DNA of 20,000 nucleotides, taken from Asterionella formosa. Its lineage: Eukaryota. The stretch lies in NCBI GenBank assembly GCA_002256025.1, contig NKIB01012822.1:50030-70029 (forward strand), written 5' to 3'. The notes under the pieces are model-generated. The model did not search any database. It had not been told where the DNA came from and worked only from the letters and a program-made list of their open reading frames with translations. Made by a program: the position numbers and the translations under genes. Each line of letters begins with the position of its first letter. Within the stretch, counting starts at the first letter, position 1. Of this stretch, positions 9,955 through 20,000 are shown piece after piece.

Positions 9955-10253
9955 GATTATCGATTTGGCTGGACTGCAATGAAAAATAGTTGTGTTGCGC
10001 ACAATTGTTGAATTCAGATAATACCGCTATATGTGGCTGGGTGAAGTTTGAGATCTTGTGTGGGCGGCCATATAGAAATGGTAATATGAAAGCCTTGTTT
10101 GGGAGGTCTAAATTTTCCGTTCCCCTACCATCAGTAATACATATTCCAGTTCCACTCAACTCTTGCCATACTCCCTATGTAGTCTACTATGTAGCATCAA
10201 GATTCGCTCGGAGCTCACAATCCGCCGCAGCCAACAAATCTACCTGTGTAAAC

Positions 10254-10810
10254 TACCAGGTACCGGTATCTGGATTCTGTACATTCGAATATATTTGGTG
10301 CTGTATGTATGTATATACCGGTATAACATGTAAAAGCAAGCGACAAGAATGCCGGTGTCAAGCATGATGTATAGCAACCGGTATATACATAGTAGTAGTC
10401 TACCGGTACGTACAGTACCCAAAAATACAATTATCTACACGGCCATTATAAATCGAGGTATGGTACCAGGTACTGTACCAGGATACCAGGTACCTGGAAT
10501 GTATGTACCGGTAGTTCTCGGAGTACCAGGTACCCGGGTACTTTAGCTCCGTACCAGGTATGTACGGTAATACTAGACTCTACCGGGAGACTGCCATGTA
10601 GATAAGGAAAAACATAAATAGACTACCGGGTAAAAGTGGTACCAGGTACTACGTAAACTATATGTATCCGGAGGAGCACCAGGCACAACCACATAAACAT
10701 TTCTATCGTGTTTCCCTTACCGTGGGTGGTATCAAAGCAACAACTGTCGTTCTATTCCACACCTCACGTTCCGGTAGTCTACCAAGTACCAGGTACCAGG
10801 TACCTGGCAC
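10254..10810. repeat. GGTACC/TACCAGG/TACCGGTA motif cluster 3 (the largest)
   Basis: Many copies, e.g. TACCAGGTACCGGTA at 10254, TACCGGTA at 10316 and 10401, a dense run at 10461-10560, and GTACCAGGTACCAGGTACCTGG at 10786. Confidence 0.9.
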
Positions 10811-11099
10811 AATTCCGATAGATTACATACCTTTAAGGCCGTCAATTCTGCTCATTGGATAGTGCATTACTAACAATGGACGAGCGAGTGATTTCAAGGT
10901 TCCATTGTCTGAAATACCGAATAATGAGAAATTCTAGATTCCAGTTGGTTCATGGAGCAAATTACCGTATGTTCAGTACGATCCTATTTTTATGTAACGT
11001 AAATTGTGCTTCATCATAATCATAAGGGATCTATACTACTGTCAATGATGTTGATGATTGATTTGTCCATCGCAGAATAGTTCAAAAGCAACCGCTAAA

Positions 11100-11777
11100 A
11101 TGTCAGGACGTGGAGGAAGAGGAGGAGGCAGAGGTGGTGCGTACAAGGCCCCCACAGGCGGTCAACTATTTTTGCAACGATCGGCTCAAGAGTGTGGCCT
11201 AGACGATCGCAATCTGAAAACACTTCAAGACATTACCAGACCTTCGCTCTTCCCACCCTTTGAATGGCATTCGTCGGGATCGTCTGAAGTTGATGCTGAT
11301 GTCAAAATTCGACCTACCTACAATACCTATCTCATTCGCAAAGGACGTGATATAACTCATCGAATGCAACAATCGCCTTGTTATTTACGACCCACACAAG
11401 AAGTCGATGTGTTACGGTATCGCAAGAAGCGTCAGCGAAGACCATGTGATATGGCAGTCTTGGAATATTTAGGGCATGCTGCCAGCAAAGAATATATTCC
11501 AGATGAATTGCTAGGAAAGAAACCAGTAGCGAGGGACATGAACAACAACGACTTGCTGACGACCGACAACATGTCCTTGGAAGAGTTGGCTGCAATGGAA
11601 CTCCTCAAGTCGAAGGAAAAGGAAGACGGAGAAGAAGGCGAAGAAGAGGAAGATGTTGATGATGATGGTATGTTTGAGAAAGAGGAAGAAGATGAGGAAG
11701 CGGAGGATTATGTTATGAATCACTATGAGAGTGAAGGCGATGAAAGTGATGGAGGGGATGACGAGCCCACGTTTTAG
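11100..11777 (+). CDS. RPC31: RNA polymerase III subunit C31/RPC7 (POLR3G-like), 225 aa
   Basis: N-terminal MSGRGGRGGGRG, then PSLFPP, SPCYL, DVLRY and YIPDEL. The very acidic C-terminus contains DYVMNHY and ends in EPTF. This layout is characteristic of RPC7/C31. Confidence 0.8.
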   Translation: MSGRGGRGGGRGGAYKAPTGGQLFLQRSAQECGLDDRNLKTLQDITRPSLFPPFEWHSSGSSEVDADVKIRPTYNTYLIRKGRDITHRMQQSPCYLRPTQEVDVLRYRKKRQRRPCDMAVLEYLGHAASKEYIPDELLGKKPVARDMNNNDLLTTDNMSLEELAAMELLKSKEKEDGEEGEEEEDVDDDGMFEKEEEDEEAEDYVMNHYESEGDESDGGDDEPTF

Positions 11778-11983
11778 GTTCCTTTGAGTTGAAAGTGCCA
11801 TTGACCCGATATCTAATCTAGAATGATTCCTGTTGATACGCGATGATGATGGTTGTACTAAAATTACGTCCCGAGACTAACTATAGAGGGCTATTTAAAA
11901 TTTAAATTAATTTATAGTGCCATCGGTATAGTTGAGTTTCATTTCGATGCTCAACTACTTCCCCGGTCAGAACAAACTTTGCT

Positions 11984-12595
11984 CTAGGCCAACATCAAAG
12001 CTTCAATACCGTCAATCACTTTGCCCACTGTTACTTGCGACGACCACAGCACCACTAAGGCACCAATGCCTGCCTTAGGTAGTCCAAATCGAGCAACTTT
12101 CATACCCAAACCCACATAGGACAACGGAAAGAGAAATCCTTGCAAATAGCCCATCGCAAGATCTTCATCAATTAAGGAAACCTGGTCGTCATTAAGTCGC
12201 GTACCGTCGATCTTGAGGATGGGCAAGGAATAATAAAGTGCAGCCACAACAGCGTACAAAATCAGTGACCCATTCTTCACAAGCTTGGCGACTTGCTCCG
12301 ACTTGGACTTACGAGATGCCACTAGTTTCGCTAGCTCTTTTTCTTTCGACAGCACTTGTCGCTCCAGTTTCGAGGTTTCCACAAAGGCAGAAGGGCCTAA
12401 ACGACGCTTTTGAGCAGCTTCGAAATTAAGTTGAACCAGAAGTTGTTCCGCTGTTTTCTCTGTTGGTGATTTCGATTTGGCTGAGAAAGAAAGTCCTCTA
12501 GAAATAATTTCTAAAACTACTCCGATGCAAAGAAGTGACCAGATGTCGAAAGGACGAATCTCCAACAGCGGAATGGCTTGATGCGGCACGACCAT
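11984..12595 (-). CDS. GET1: GET1/WRB-like tail-anchored protein insertase subunit (203 aa)
   Basis: N-terminal TM helix, then a coiled coil containing SAFVETSKLERQV (compare the GET1 'F..(W/Y)AKL.R' segment), then two more hydrophobic segments with FPLS and IGALVVLW. Confidence 0.6.
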   Translation of the reverse strand: MVVPHQAIPLLEIRPFDIWSLLCIGVVLEIISRGLSFSAKSKSPTEKTAEQLLVQLNFEAAQKRRLGPSAFVETSKLERQVLSKEKELAKLVASRKSKSEQVAKLVKNGSLILYAVVAALYYSLPILKIDGTRLNDDQVSLIDEDLAMGYLQGFLFPLSYVGLGMKVARFGLPKAGIGALVVLWSSQVTVGKVIDGIEALMLA

Positions 12596-12782
12596 GGTGA
12601 AAGAGAGCGATGATATGCTGTTATAATATGCTACTCGGAGTATTATCTACCGGTACATGCTTGCATCATGAGAACGATGGCCGAGGATGGCGGGGGGATT
12701 GAACAGCCATCCTCAGTCATAAGAAATCAGCAGACTATAACGCTATGCATACCTAGCTCCAGGGGCGTGTGCCATTATAGTC

Positions 12783-12905
12783 CACCGGAGTACCGGTATA
12801 ACAGGTACTGGTACTGGTACTGGTACCTGGTACCAGAGGACCCTGATGTTGGTTTTGCTAAGCTACCTAGTGTACCACGTACCAGGTACCGGTTCATACC
12901 GGTAC
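12783..12905. repeat. GGTACC motif cluster 4, including a (GGTACT)n hexamer variant
   Basis: TACCGGTA at 12791, GGTACTGGTACTGGTACTGGTACCTGGTACCAG at 12804-12836, and GTACCAGGTACCGGT at 12879. Confidence 0.9.
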
Positions 12906-12999
12906 ATACATGCCTGACGACTTTCATCGCTTGCAAAGCAAACACCAGGAACGGAATCCAGAATACGTTTGCCTGATGCTTCATCCATCTCGAAATAGT

Positions 13000-15050
13000 T
13001 CTTATATAAAGCATCACTATTACACTTGTTTTGGAAATTTTGCTACTAAGAACCTCCTCAATCGAAATTATTTTACCAATTTGAAACTCTGCCTATAAAC
13101 TGCTACTAGCCTACTCTAAGTAATTTTTGATCATTCTTTGTTGCTTACAAATCTGAAACAACTTTCCAGCTGTAGCTGAGAGCATGTACCAGTACTAGGG
13201 CTACTCTATGTGTGAAGGAGTTACTGGTACACAGTCAATTGTCGTATGTCCAATATAGTGATGTGAAAGTGTCAATCAGCAGATTTCAAAACAGCAGTTT
13301 ACCACATCCTTGGAATATGCAGTAACATGTAACCCCTCTGTTCCGCCAGTATAGCTGAAACATGCTCAGTGGCTAACCCAACTTCATCCAATTCCTTTTA
13401 AGAAGCCCTCTGTAGAAGCAATATACATTTTGGGCGAGTCCATTGAGGGACTCTTTTGGGTTGCAGACTAGGAAACAACCATAGTGATGGTAAGCAAGAG
13501 CAAGGCTCCCACATAAGGCGGCTCTTAGAGTGTGTGTAGACGAGCCAACAATGTAGGTAGGAACTGATGGCGGAGAGGAAGTCCAATCAAGAAGTAGAAA
13601 GGAAGTATGGAAACTGCATGGCCATTTTGGGAGAAACATTTCAAATGAGAGCTGGAATTGGAGAATCAATTGAAGTGGTACTAGTAGCCTGATGAAGATA
13701 TAAGGTGACGAGAGCAAGAGAAGGGTCTTGAGAGACGCAGAAATTATATGGCAAACTGTATTGCCATTTCGGTGAATTTAAATTTGAATTATAAATCCTG
13801 GCAGGCGATTGCCAGGATGAAATGTAGGACAGAATGGTCTTGAGGGCTGTGAGGAGTGCTGCTGTTGCTTTGGGGTGGTTGACGCCAAGGTAAGACAGTG
13901 AGCTTCTTTGTAGCAGTAGTGTCAAGGGAGTCGGCCAAGGTGTAATTGGAGTAGAGGGACTAAATGATCGCTTTTCGTTGTTGTGGACCGAAGCGGCGAA
14001 TGGGGTCAAGAGTGGTGGTCGGAGGGTCAGAGGAGTGAGATAGGGTAAAATAGATGACATTTCAATGGAATCATGCACCCAGCCAAGCGTGGCTTTCCGG
14101 TTTTGAACGAAGTTGCAAATGTAGACTTGGAGTATTTGCGAGAGGATTTGCATGCTGAGGGATGAACAGGATTGAAGGAGACAGTTTCAGCCAGCCATAG
14201 GAATATCAGGAGGAACAGGAGTGGGAGCAGCAGCAGCATGGGTGGAGCGAAGCAAAGCACCATGGTCAAGGATGACTAAAGCATCAGCAGCGCCATGGGA
14301 ACGGCTGTAGGCTGTCTATCAGAGTAGTATAATTAATAGAGGGCAAGTTAGCTACCCCAACAGTTCAATGTTGCATTCTTGTTGAAAAATTAGTAATCAC
14401 AAAGATACACATTGTACTTTCAACATAGTCAGGATAAACCCTGACAATGACAAGCTACTGGTACTAATGAATTCTTCTATTAGTACCTAGTTTCTGTGAG
14501 TCATAGGCGGTTAGTACAAGCAAGACTGCAGAAAAAAATTATATTGTGTTCGAGACATAGTAAGCAATATCAAAACTTTCGATTGGGTCCTCAGGTGACC
14601 CTTCTTTCCCAGACTAGATCAAACAGGCGAATCTAGATTAATTACCATTAGCTCAATCTTTTTAAATCTATGAATTTTAGTAGGGCTGATGGCATAGGCA
14701 GCAAAGGACAGAACAAGAATCAAAGACTAGAATGTTCGTTGGGCTGACCCAGAAAATGTACACAAATAGCAGAATTACTGGACCTTCCTGGTGATGTTGG
14801 TCCAAAAGCAAACTCTATTGCTGTTGTTCATATGCTGATACGTCTAGAGTACTACCAGTATGTAGAGAAACAGCTAGCTGACAACAGTACCAAGGGAATA
14901 ACTGCCAATGCCTTGTTTGAGAGATTGAAGGAGGAGGCAATACACTCCAGGAGGGCAACACAAAGAATGGGATAACCCCGATCAAAAGGTTTCTCCAGCA
15001 CTCCTGTTTTGCGTTCTTACCTCTAGTTGCCTTTCGTTTTTTGCTTAGCT
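13000..15050. other. CpG-depleted block with broken ORF remnants; possible degraded transposable element or foreign insertion (boundaries approximate)
   Basis: Only 2 CG dinucleotides in 13081-13380, versus 9 in the 120 nt of gene sequence at 1021-1140. Fragmented ORFs at 13373-14269 (-). No TE domain was recognised. Confidence 0.4.
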
Positions 15051-15077
15051 CTTTTTTGCTTTTACTTGCTACACATC

Positions 15078-15200
15078 CCGGTAGGTACCTGGTACCAGGT
15101 AGTACTACCTACACTCGACTTGACATCGACCGAGGGTCGTCTATTTAAGGTACCTGGTACCAGGGTACCAGGTACCTGGTCCCCTGGTTCTCCTACCAGG
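15078..15200. repeat. GGTACC/(CCTGGTA)n motif cluster 5
   Basis: GGTAGGTACCTGGTACCAGGTAG at about 15080 and GGTACCTGGTACCAGGGTACCAGGTACCTGGT at about 15149; a further TACCGGTA at 15361. Confidence 0.9.
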
Positions 15201-15615
15201 TCCAGTCGTGTCGTATACCAATTTTTCGGGTGGAATGTATGAAAAATATTCTTTTCTTCCTTTGGAGTTCCCTGTTGGGCTTCAACACAAGCAGGTGGGG
15301 GCGAGGTTTTTAAGAGTACAAAGGTAGAGTACTATGATGAGTGGGGTCCGGACACATCCATACCGGTACTCGGAGGCAAGAACGACACCACCTCTACTTC
15401 GGGTGTTTACGAGTTACTCCGACTACCATTGTATTTGGTGTCAACAAAACGCGATATGATTCCTTTTGATTTATCTTGAATGTCGCACGACATTGCTCTC
15501 TGAAACCCTTCCTACATTGAGGAGCTCCGAAGATGACTGCCTCCTTGAAGCGCATAGAAAACTCATTTTGCGAAGCATTCGTTCATAACGATCCCACGAA
15601 TACAGCAGTGAGAGG

Positions 15616-16476
15616 TTGTCTTCGTCAATAGTGTCGTTATCCTCAGCGACATCCTTATTTCCGCCATCCTCCGCTTTGTTCGTCAACATACACAGTCTCC
15701 ACTGGGAATCTCCATGGAACATGGCTCCTGTCTCTCCATATCTTCGCCGCTTGAATGCAGGAAGCAAGCAAAATGAAGTGGGTTGGCTCGTTTTCGACAA
15801 GCCAAAAACAAGAAACACCAGTACCCCTGCATCGTTGCAGACTTTCGCACTTCCAGTCTTGGCCAAGGCATTACCTGACTACATTGAAGCTAACGGAGTG
15901 CAGGCTGTCAGAGATGTCATGGGGCTCTTGCCGAGTGATTCACTAGCAGCTCTTTCGATTATTTGTTCCGAAATGGGAATCATGTCCCTGAATATTATGG
16001 CGGTCCTTTGCCATTCGCATGCACAGCGACTGGCCGTGTATTTCCAAGAAACTGTGCATGAAGAGGATTGGATTTCCATTGTTTCTCTTGATACTTCTCA
16101 TGACTTGGAACGACTTGAGTTGGTCAATGTCAGTATTTCAAATCGTGGCATCGTGACGTTGATCCGACTGGCCCCGTCGCTTATTCAATTGTCTCTAAGT
16201 CGATCAAAAATCACAGGGGCTAGCATTGACTTTCTTCCTCTCTTCCAAAATTTGCATGTTCTGGATATCTCCCACTGCGATTGGATAGAAGAAGATTTTG
16301 TCAGAAAGTTATGTCCAAAAGCGAGCAATCTGCAGCTCATTAGCATGCACCACTGCCAGCATCTGGGAGCTCTTGATCTCATTATTGCTTTAAATTTCTA
16401 TACTCGGGGACATCCTGTCTGTTCCATAAAGCTGCAAAGCAAGGAGAGATCTTATTCCTGGGAGGGTTTCAAATGA
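15616..16476 (+). CDS. Leucine-rich repeat (RNI-like/AMN1-type) protein; true start uncertain (first in-frame ATG at 15721)
   Basis: LERLELVNVSIS, LIQLSLSRSKIT, LHVLDISHCDWI and LQLISMHHCQHL are LxxLxL-type repeats. PASLQTFAL precedes them. Confidence 0.65.
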   Translation: MSSSIVSLSSATSLFPPSSALFVNIHSLHWESPWNMAPVSPYLRRLNAGSKQNEVGWLVFDKPKTRNTSTPASLQTFALPVLAKALPDYIEANGVQAVRDVMGLLPSDSLAALSIICSEMGIMSLNIMAVLCHSHAQRLAVYFQETVHEEDWISIVSLDTSHDLERLELVNVSISNRGIVTLIRLAPSLIQLSLSRSKITGASIDFLPLFQNLHVLDISHCDWIEEDFVRKLCPKASNLQLISMHHCQHLGALDLIIALNFYTRGHPVCSIKLQSKERSYSWEGFK

Positions 16477-17519
16477 TTGGATGTGGCTCCAATCCAGTTA
16501 TTGACAGAGACGAAGGAAGCAGGATTGTATTATGGTTTGATCTGCTGCAATCGACTTTGAATTTTGAGAACACTTGTATGGTGTTACCTATTCTCAATCA
16601 GCGTATTTCCACATTCCATAAAATTGGGCTTGCTTGCTGTTTACCAGCGCAAAAATGGTGTTGATTGCTTCACCTGCACATGATGGAAAGAATTTTTGTT
16701 GTATGTTAGGCTCTTCGATTATACTTCAAGTTGACCATTGGTGCCTTGTACCGTCCATTGATAGCATTGACGCTGAAAGAGGAGTTTTTCATTAATCGCA
16801 ATGAACAAAAAATCAGACCAATACAAGAACAAAGTAAAACATGATAATTTTCTGTGGAGTACATCTTTTTATCATTAACATTTTTCAATTACATGCAGTA
16901 ATCTGAGAGGGAAGGTCCATTTGAAGCATACTTCCCATACAATTTTTCTGGAAACTCTTGCCTTGCAGCATTGTGTGGCATTCTTTTGTACCATAAAAGC
17001 AAGGGTATCATATGCTTGTTTTGATTTGATGTTCAATTTGATAATGCAGTCTTCTTTCACTCTTCAACTTATGATTCTTAAGGGAAGCTATAGTATAGGT
17101 GCAGCAATAATACTGAAATATCTGATGCAAATGAGGTAAATCGAATGAACCTATATTATTATTGTGAGCTAGAACAACAATCGATTCCAATCCCTAGTTG
17201 GAAAAATTGAACAGATTTAAAGGCTCATATTTGAGTGGAAACCAGAAATTCAATATTATTCCGTCATTTCAGCCAGAATAGAAAGCACAAGCCAACCATA
17301 AGTCCTGCACGTTTTGACAGGCACTACCGCTAATATCTTGAACCTCCTGACGTCAACATTCATCTAAATTTCTACACTAAACACATCTGGTTATACTCAA
17401 CAAAAAATGCAGTAGCTTGAAAGGTCGTATTGTACACAAAGCCAGGGGGGAATGCTTCCAACTGATTTCGTGCTGTTTCAACTCTAACAACAGACATCAA
17501 CAGTTAATTGATGCTTATA

Positions 17520-18416
17520 TTATCTTGTCCCCTTTTCTTTCATTGCTTTTGGCAACTTGACAGAAACAAGCATATCATTCTTTATTTTTTTCATTCGACC
17601 CTTGATATTGATGACTGTAAACTCGTTATTCCTCTCGTGTAGCTTACCCTCAATAGTCTTGTTCGTCTTTTTCTTCGGGTCCATAAAAGTAACTAAGACA
17701 TCAAATCCCTTGTATGCTCTAAACATTACTGGCCCTTGTAGCTCATCGGAGGCTCCTGGTGTAGTGACTTCAATTTCGTGGGCCTCCGCAATCGCCAAGC
17801 CTACGCCGCCGTCATCAAATGCAATATTAATGGCTCTAGCCAGTGCCGAAATGTCAACGCCTCTTGGTTGAACTCCTTCGCTTTCGAGTTCAATGCTAAC
17901 TTCTGAAAAGGTGCTATCGTTAATTGCGGCGTTTCCGTCTGCAGCAATGTCGTCGCCTTGAAAAGTTCCATCATTATCTTCATCATTGTCAAAATCTGCT
18001 TCCTCTCCATCGTCGTCAACATCGTCACTCTCGTCCTCATCGGTGTATTCTAACTCAATATCGTCATCGCCATATATCTCCTCCTCGTCTTCACCACTGC
18101 TTTCAACATCAGAAACGTACACGTCTCCATGAACTGTGATAACGACGCGCCCACCCTTCCATTCAATCTTTAAGTTGTCTTCACTTGCCCCACATTGACG
18201 CGCAGCCTCCAGAATAATGTCATTCCCGACTTCTTGATAGTCAACAGGCAACAGGGCAAATAGATGAGTCACTAACGGTCTCCTTGAGAGGAAAGGATGA
18301 TAATTCGTCGGCCAGGCAACAGATGACGGCACTAGAACAAAGAGGACGAGAGCTGGTGACAACACGCACCACGAAAAAAGGACGGAGAAGAGTGAATAGT
18401 AGTAGTTGCAACGCAT
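17520..18416 (-). CDS. rimP: Plastid-targeted ribosome maturation factor RimP-like protein (298 aa)
   Basis: IEVTTPG..DEL (compare LEVSSPG..RPL), FRAYKGFDV and TIEGKL are RimP motifs. The hydrophobic signal peptide ends SSVA|W and is followed by a transit-like segment. Confidence 0.85.
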   Translation of the reverse strand: MRCNYYYSLFSVLFSWCVLSPALVLFVLVPSSVAWPTNYHPFLSRRPLVTHLFALLPVDYQEVGNDIILEAARQCGASEDNLKIEWKGGRVVITVHGDVYVSDVESSGEDEEEIYGDDDIELEYTDEDESDDVDDDGEEADFDNDEDNDGTFQGDDIAADGNAAINDSTFSEVSIELESEGVQPRGVDISALARAINIAFDDGGVGLAIAEAHEIEVTTPGASDELQGPVMFRAYKGFDVLVTFMDPKKKTNKTIEGKLHERNNEFTVINIKGRMKKIKNDMLVSVKLPKAMKEKGTR

Positions 18417-18529
18417 TCTGTGATAGCTATAGATTTGCCAACTTAAAATGATGCCGAGCGAAGAAAGGACTCGACCTTACACCCACATAGGTAGTGAGAG
18501 TGAGTGTAATGGAACCAAGTATTTCAGAG

Positions 18530-18812
18530 AACCAGGTACTATACTGGTGCTTTTGCGACTGCGATGATTTTTAATTACATAGTAAATGTACAGATTGTTG
18601 GATCAGAAACGTACTACCTGGTCTACCCTGGTACCAGTATTCCATATATGATACCGGTATTCGACTGATATACCTATACCGGTATGAATTCTAGTATTAT
18701 CGTCTGGTGGATGGTTCCAGACCAGGGTGGTATACCATATGCACTTCCTGTACGATGAGGATCATGATCAGACAGCCTGATCAGGTTATGCCAGTGCGTA
18801 TTGTATACCGGT
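18530..18812. repeat. GGTACC/TACCGGTA motif cluster 6 (looser), upstream of rimP
   Basis: ACCAGGTAC at 18531, CCCTGGTACCAG at 18626, TACCGGTA at about 18652, 18677 and 18805. Confidence 0.75.
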
Positions 18813-18857
18813 ATCGGAATATACACCTAAATATGCCAGCATCAAGTTGCTGTCATT

Positions 18858-18859
<2 letters not shown>

Positions 18860-18889
<30 letters not shown>
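18860..18889. repeat. (CAT)10 microsatellite
   Basis: Read directly. Confidence 0.95.
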
Positions 18890-18893
<4 letters not shown>

Positions 18894-19849
18894 CTATGAA
18901 CAGCCACTGCTTCCAACTCTTGGCATGCTTTGCTTGCCTATATATTTAGCTACACTGCACTGCTTGCCATCACCCTGCAAAACCATCATTTCCATCTGTT
19001 GTCTGTAAAGGAATGCATTGCTGGTGAAAAAAGCGAAAGCTCGCTCTGCAATATTGGTAAGGAAATGAAGGGCATCACTGATATCTTATCATCCACTTTT
19101 GACTTGGATGCATACCTAGCTAGTTTATGCATAGAATTTTCCAATGCGGTGCGTGCCCATCAGGTCCTTCATAAGAATGTTAGCGCGGTGCGCAGCGGCC
19201 AAATTTTCTAGACAGAGCTTTCTTTCAAAGGGAAAGCGGATGGATTGCATCGCACTGGTCCAACAATGCATAATTTAACTAATTTCACTTTATTGACTTT
19301 CCAGAGCTTGAAAGCAGCTGATTCCGAAGCTTGCTTCTTTAGCGGGAACTTCGACACCACCAGTGGGGAAAATCAAGAAGGAGGACATTCCTATCATCAA
19401 GACGGCACCCCATTCCTTGGTACAAGCGCTTTGTTATAAATTCCATACTGGTCCAATGCGCGCGCCTCTGGACAACGATCCATCTGTAGGGCGGTGTGGT
19501 ACGGTGATATGGTGGTATTTTTCTTCGTTTCTTGTACAGAAGGCAGCTGCACCTAGCGAAGGGGAGGTTGAGACTTGGGAGGAGGCATTCGATTCTTGTT
19601 CCTTTCGAGTGTCGTTACAACTGGTCCGCTAAAGTTGATCGTCAAGATAGGTCATGAGTGAGTTACGCTAGAACAAATAACGGATTCGATAAGCAATCAC
19701 AAAAGAGACTTTGACTTTGCCACTTGCCACTCCGCTACGCTCGCTTGCTTGCTTCCTTTCCATTGACCGGAAGAAGCAATACAACCACTCTCCATAGTGG
19801 ACACGAACAAAGCTCAATAGCACAAGCGCGGCACTCACATCAGCCACCC

Positions 19850-19889
19850 GTTCTGCTCTGTTCTGTTCTGTTCTGTTCTGTTCTGTTCC
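19850..19889. repeat. Pentanucleotide microsatellite (GTTCT)n, 8 units including 2 variants
   Basis: GTTCT GCTCT (GTTCT)5 GTTCC. Confidence 0.95.
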
Positions 19890-20000
19890 ATTCGCGTTGA
19901 CTTGAATCTCAGTTACCACCGGTCACCCATTGCGCCGTGCATCGCTCGCTTTCATTTCTCGTCATGCTCACACTGGAGAATACCGGCTCAGCAGCCAGCC

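Noticed and set aside
10254..10810. Recurrent short palindromes suggesting a CRISPR array
   Set aside because: No constant 23-47 bp repeat with regular spacers, no cas genes, and the context is eukaryotic.
13641..14153. 170-aa minus-strand ORF as a gene or reverse transcriptase/transposase
   Set aside because: No RT, integrase or transposase motif was recognised, and no terminal repeats or TSD were found. It is kept only as part of a putative relic block.
18707..18949. Poly-His peptide ORF
   Set aside because: It arises from the (CAT)10 microsatellite, has a non-ATG start and shows no other coding evidence.

Overview
Eukaryotic nuclear DNA, most likely from a diatom or a related stramenopile alga. 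The basis is compact genes, short GT-AG introns and signal peptide + ASAFAP-type plastid presequences. Nine protein-coding genes alternate strictly in strand (-,+,-,+,-,+,-,+,-): a Rubisco LSMT-like SET methyltransferase (runs off the window start), an LRAT/NC-domain protein, a plastid trigger factor with a long C-terminal extension, a nitroreductase, a sulfotransferase-like/class IV aminotransferase fusion, RNA Pol III subunit C31/RPC7, a GET1/WRB-like protein, an LRR-like protein and a plastid RimP. The most striking unexplained structure is a family of GGTACC / (CCTGGTA)n / TACCGGTA palindromic arrays. They fill every 5'-flanking (head-to-head) intergenic region and are almost absent from tail-to-tail regions. 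Also notable: the aminotransferase domain appears to have lost several PLP-binding and catalytic residues, and there are CpG-depleted relic blocks at about 13.0-15.0 kb and 16.5-17.4 kb. All calls come from reading the sequence and recalled family motifs; no database search was run.
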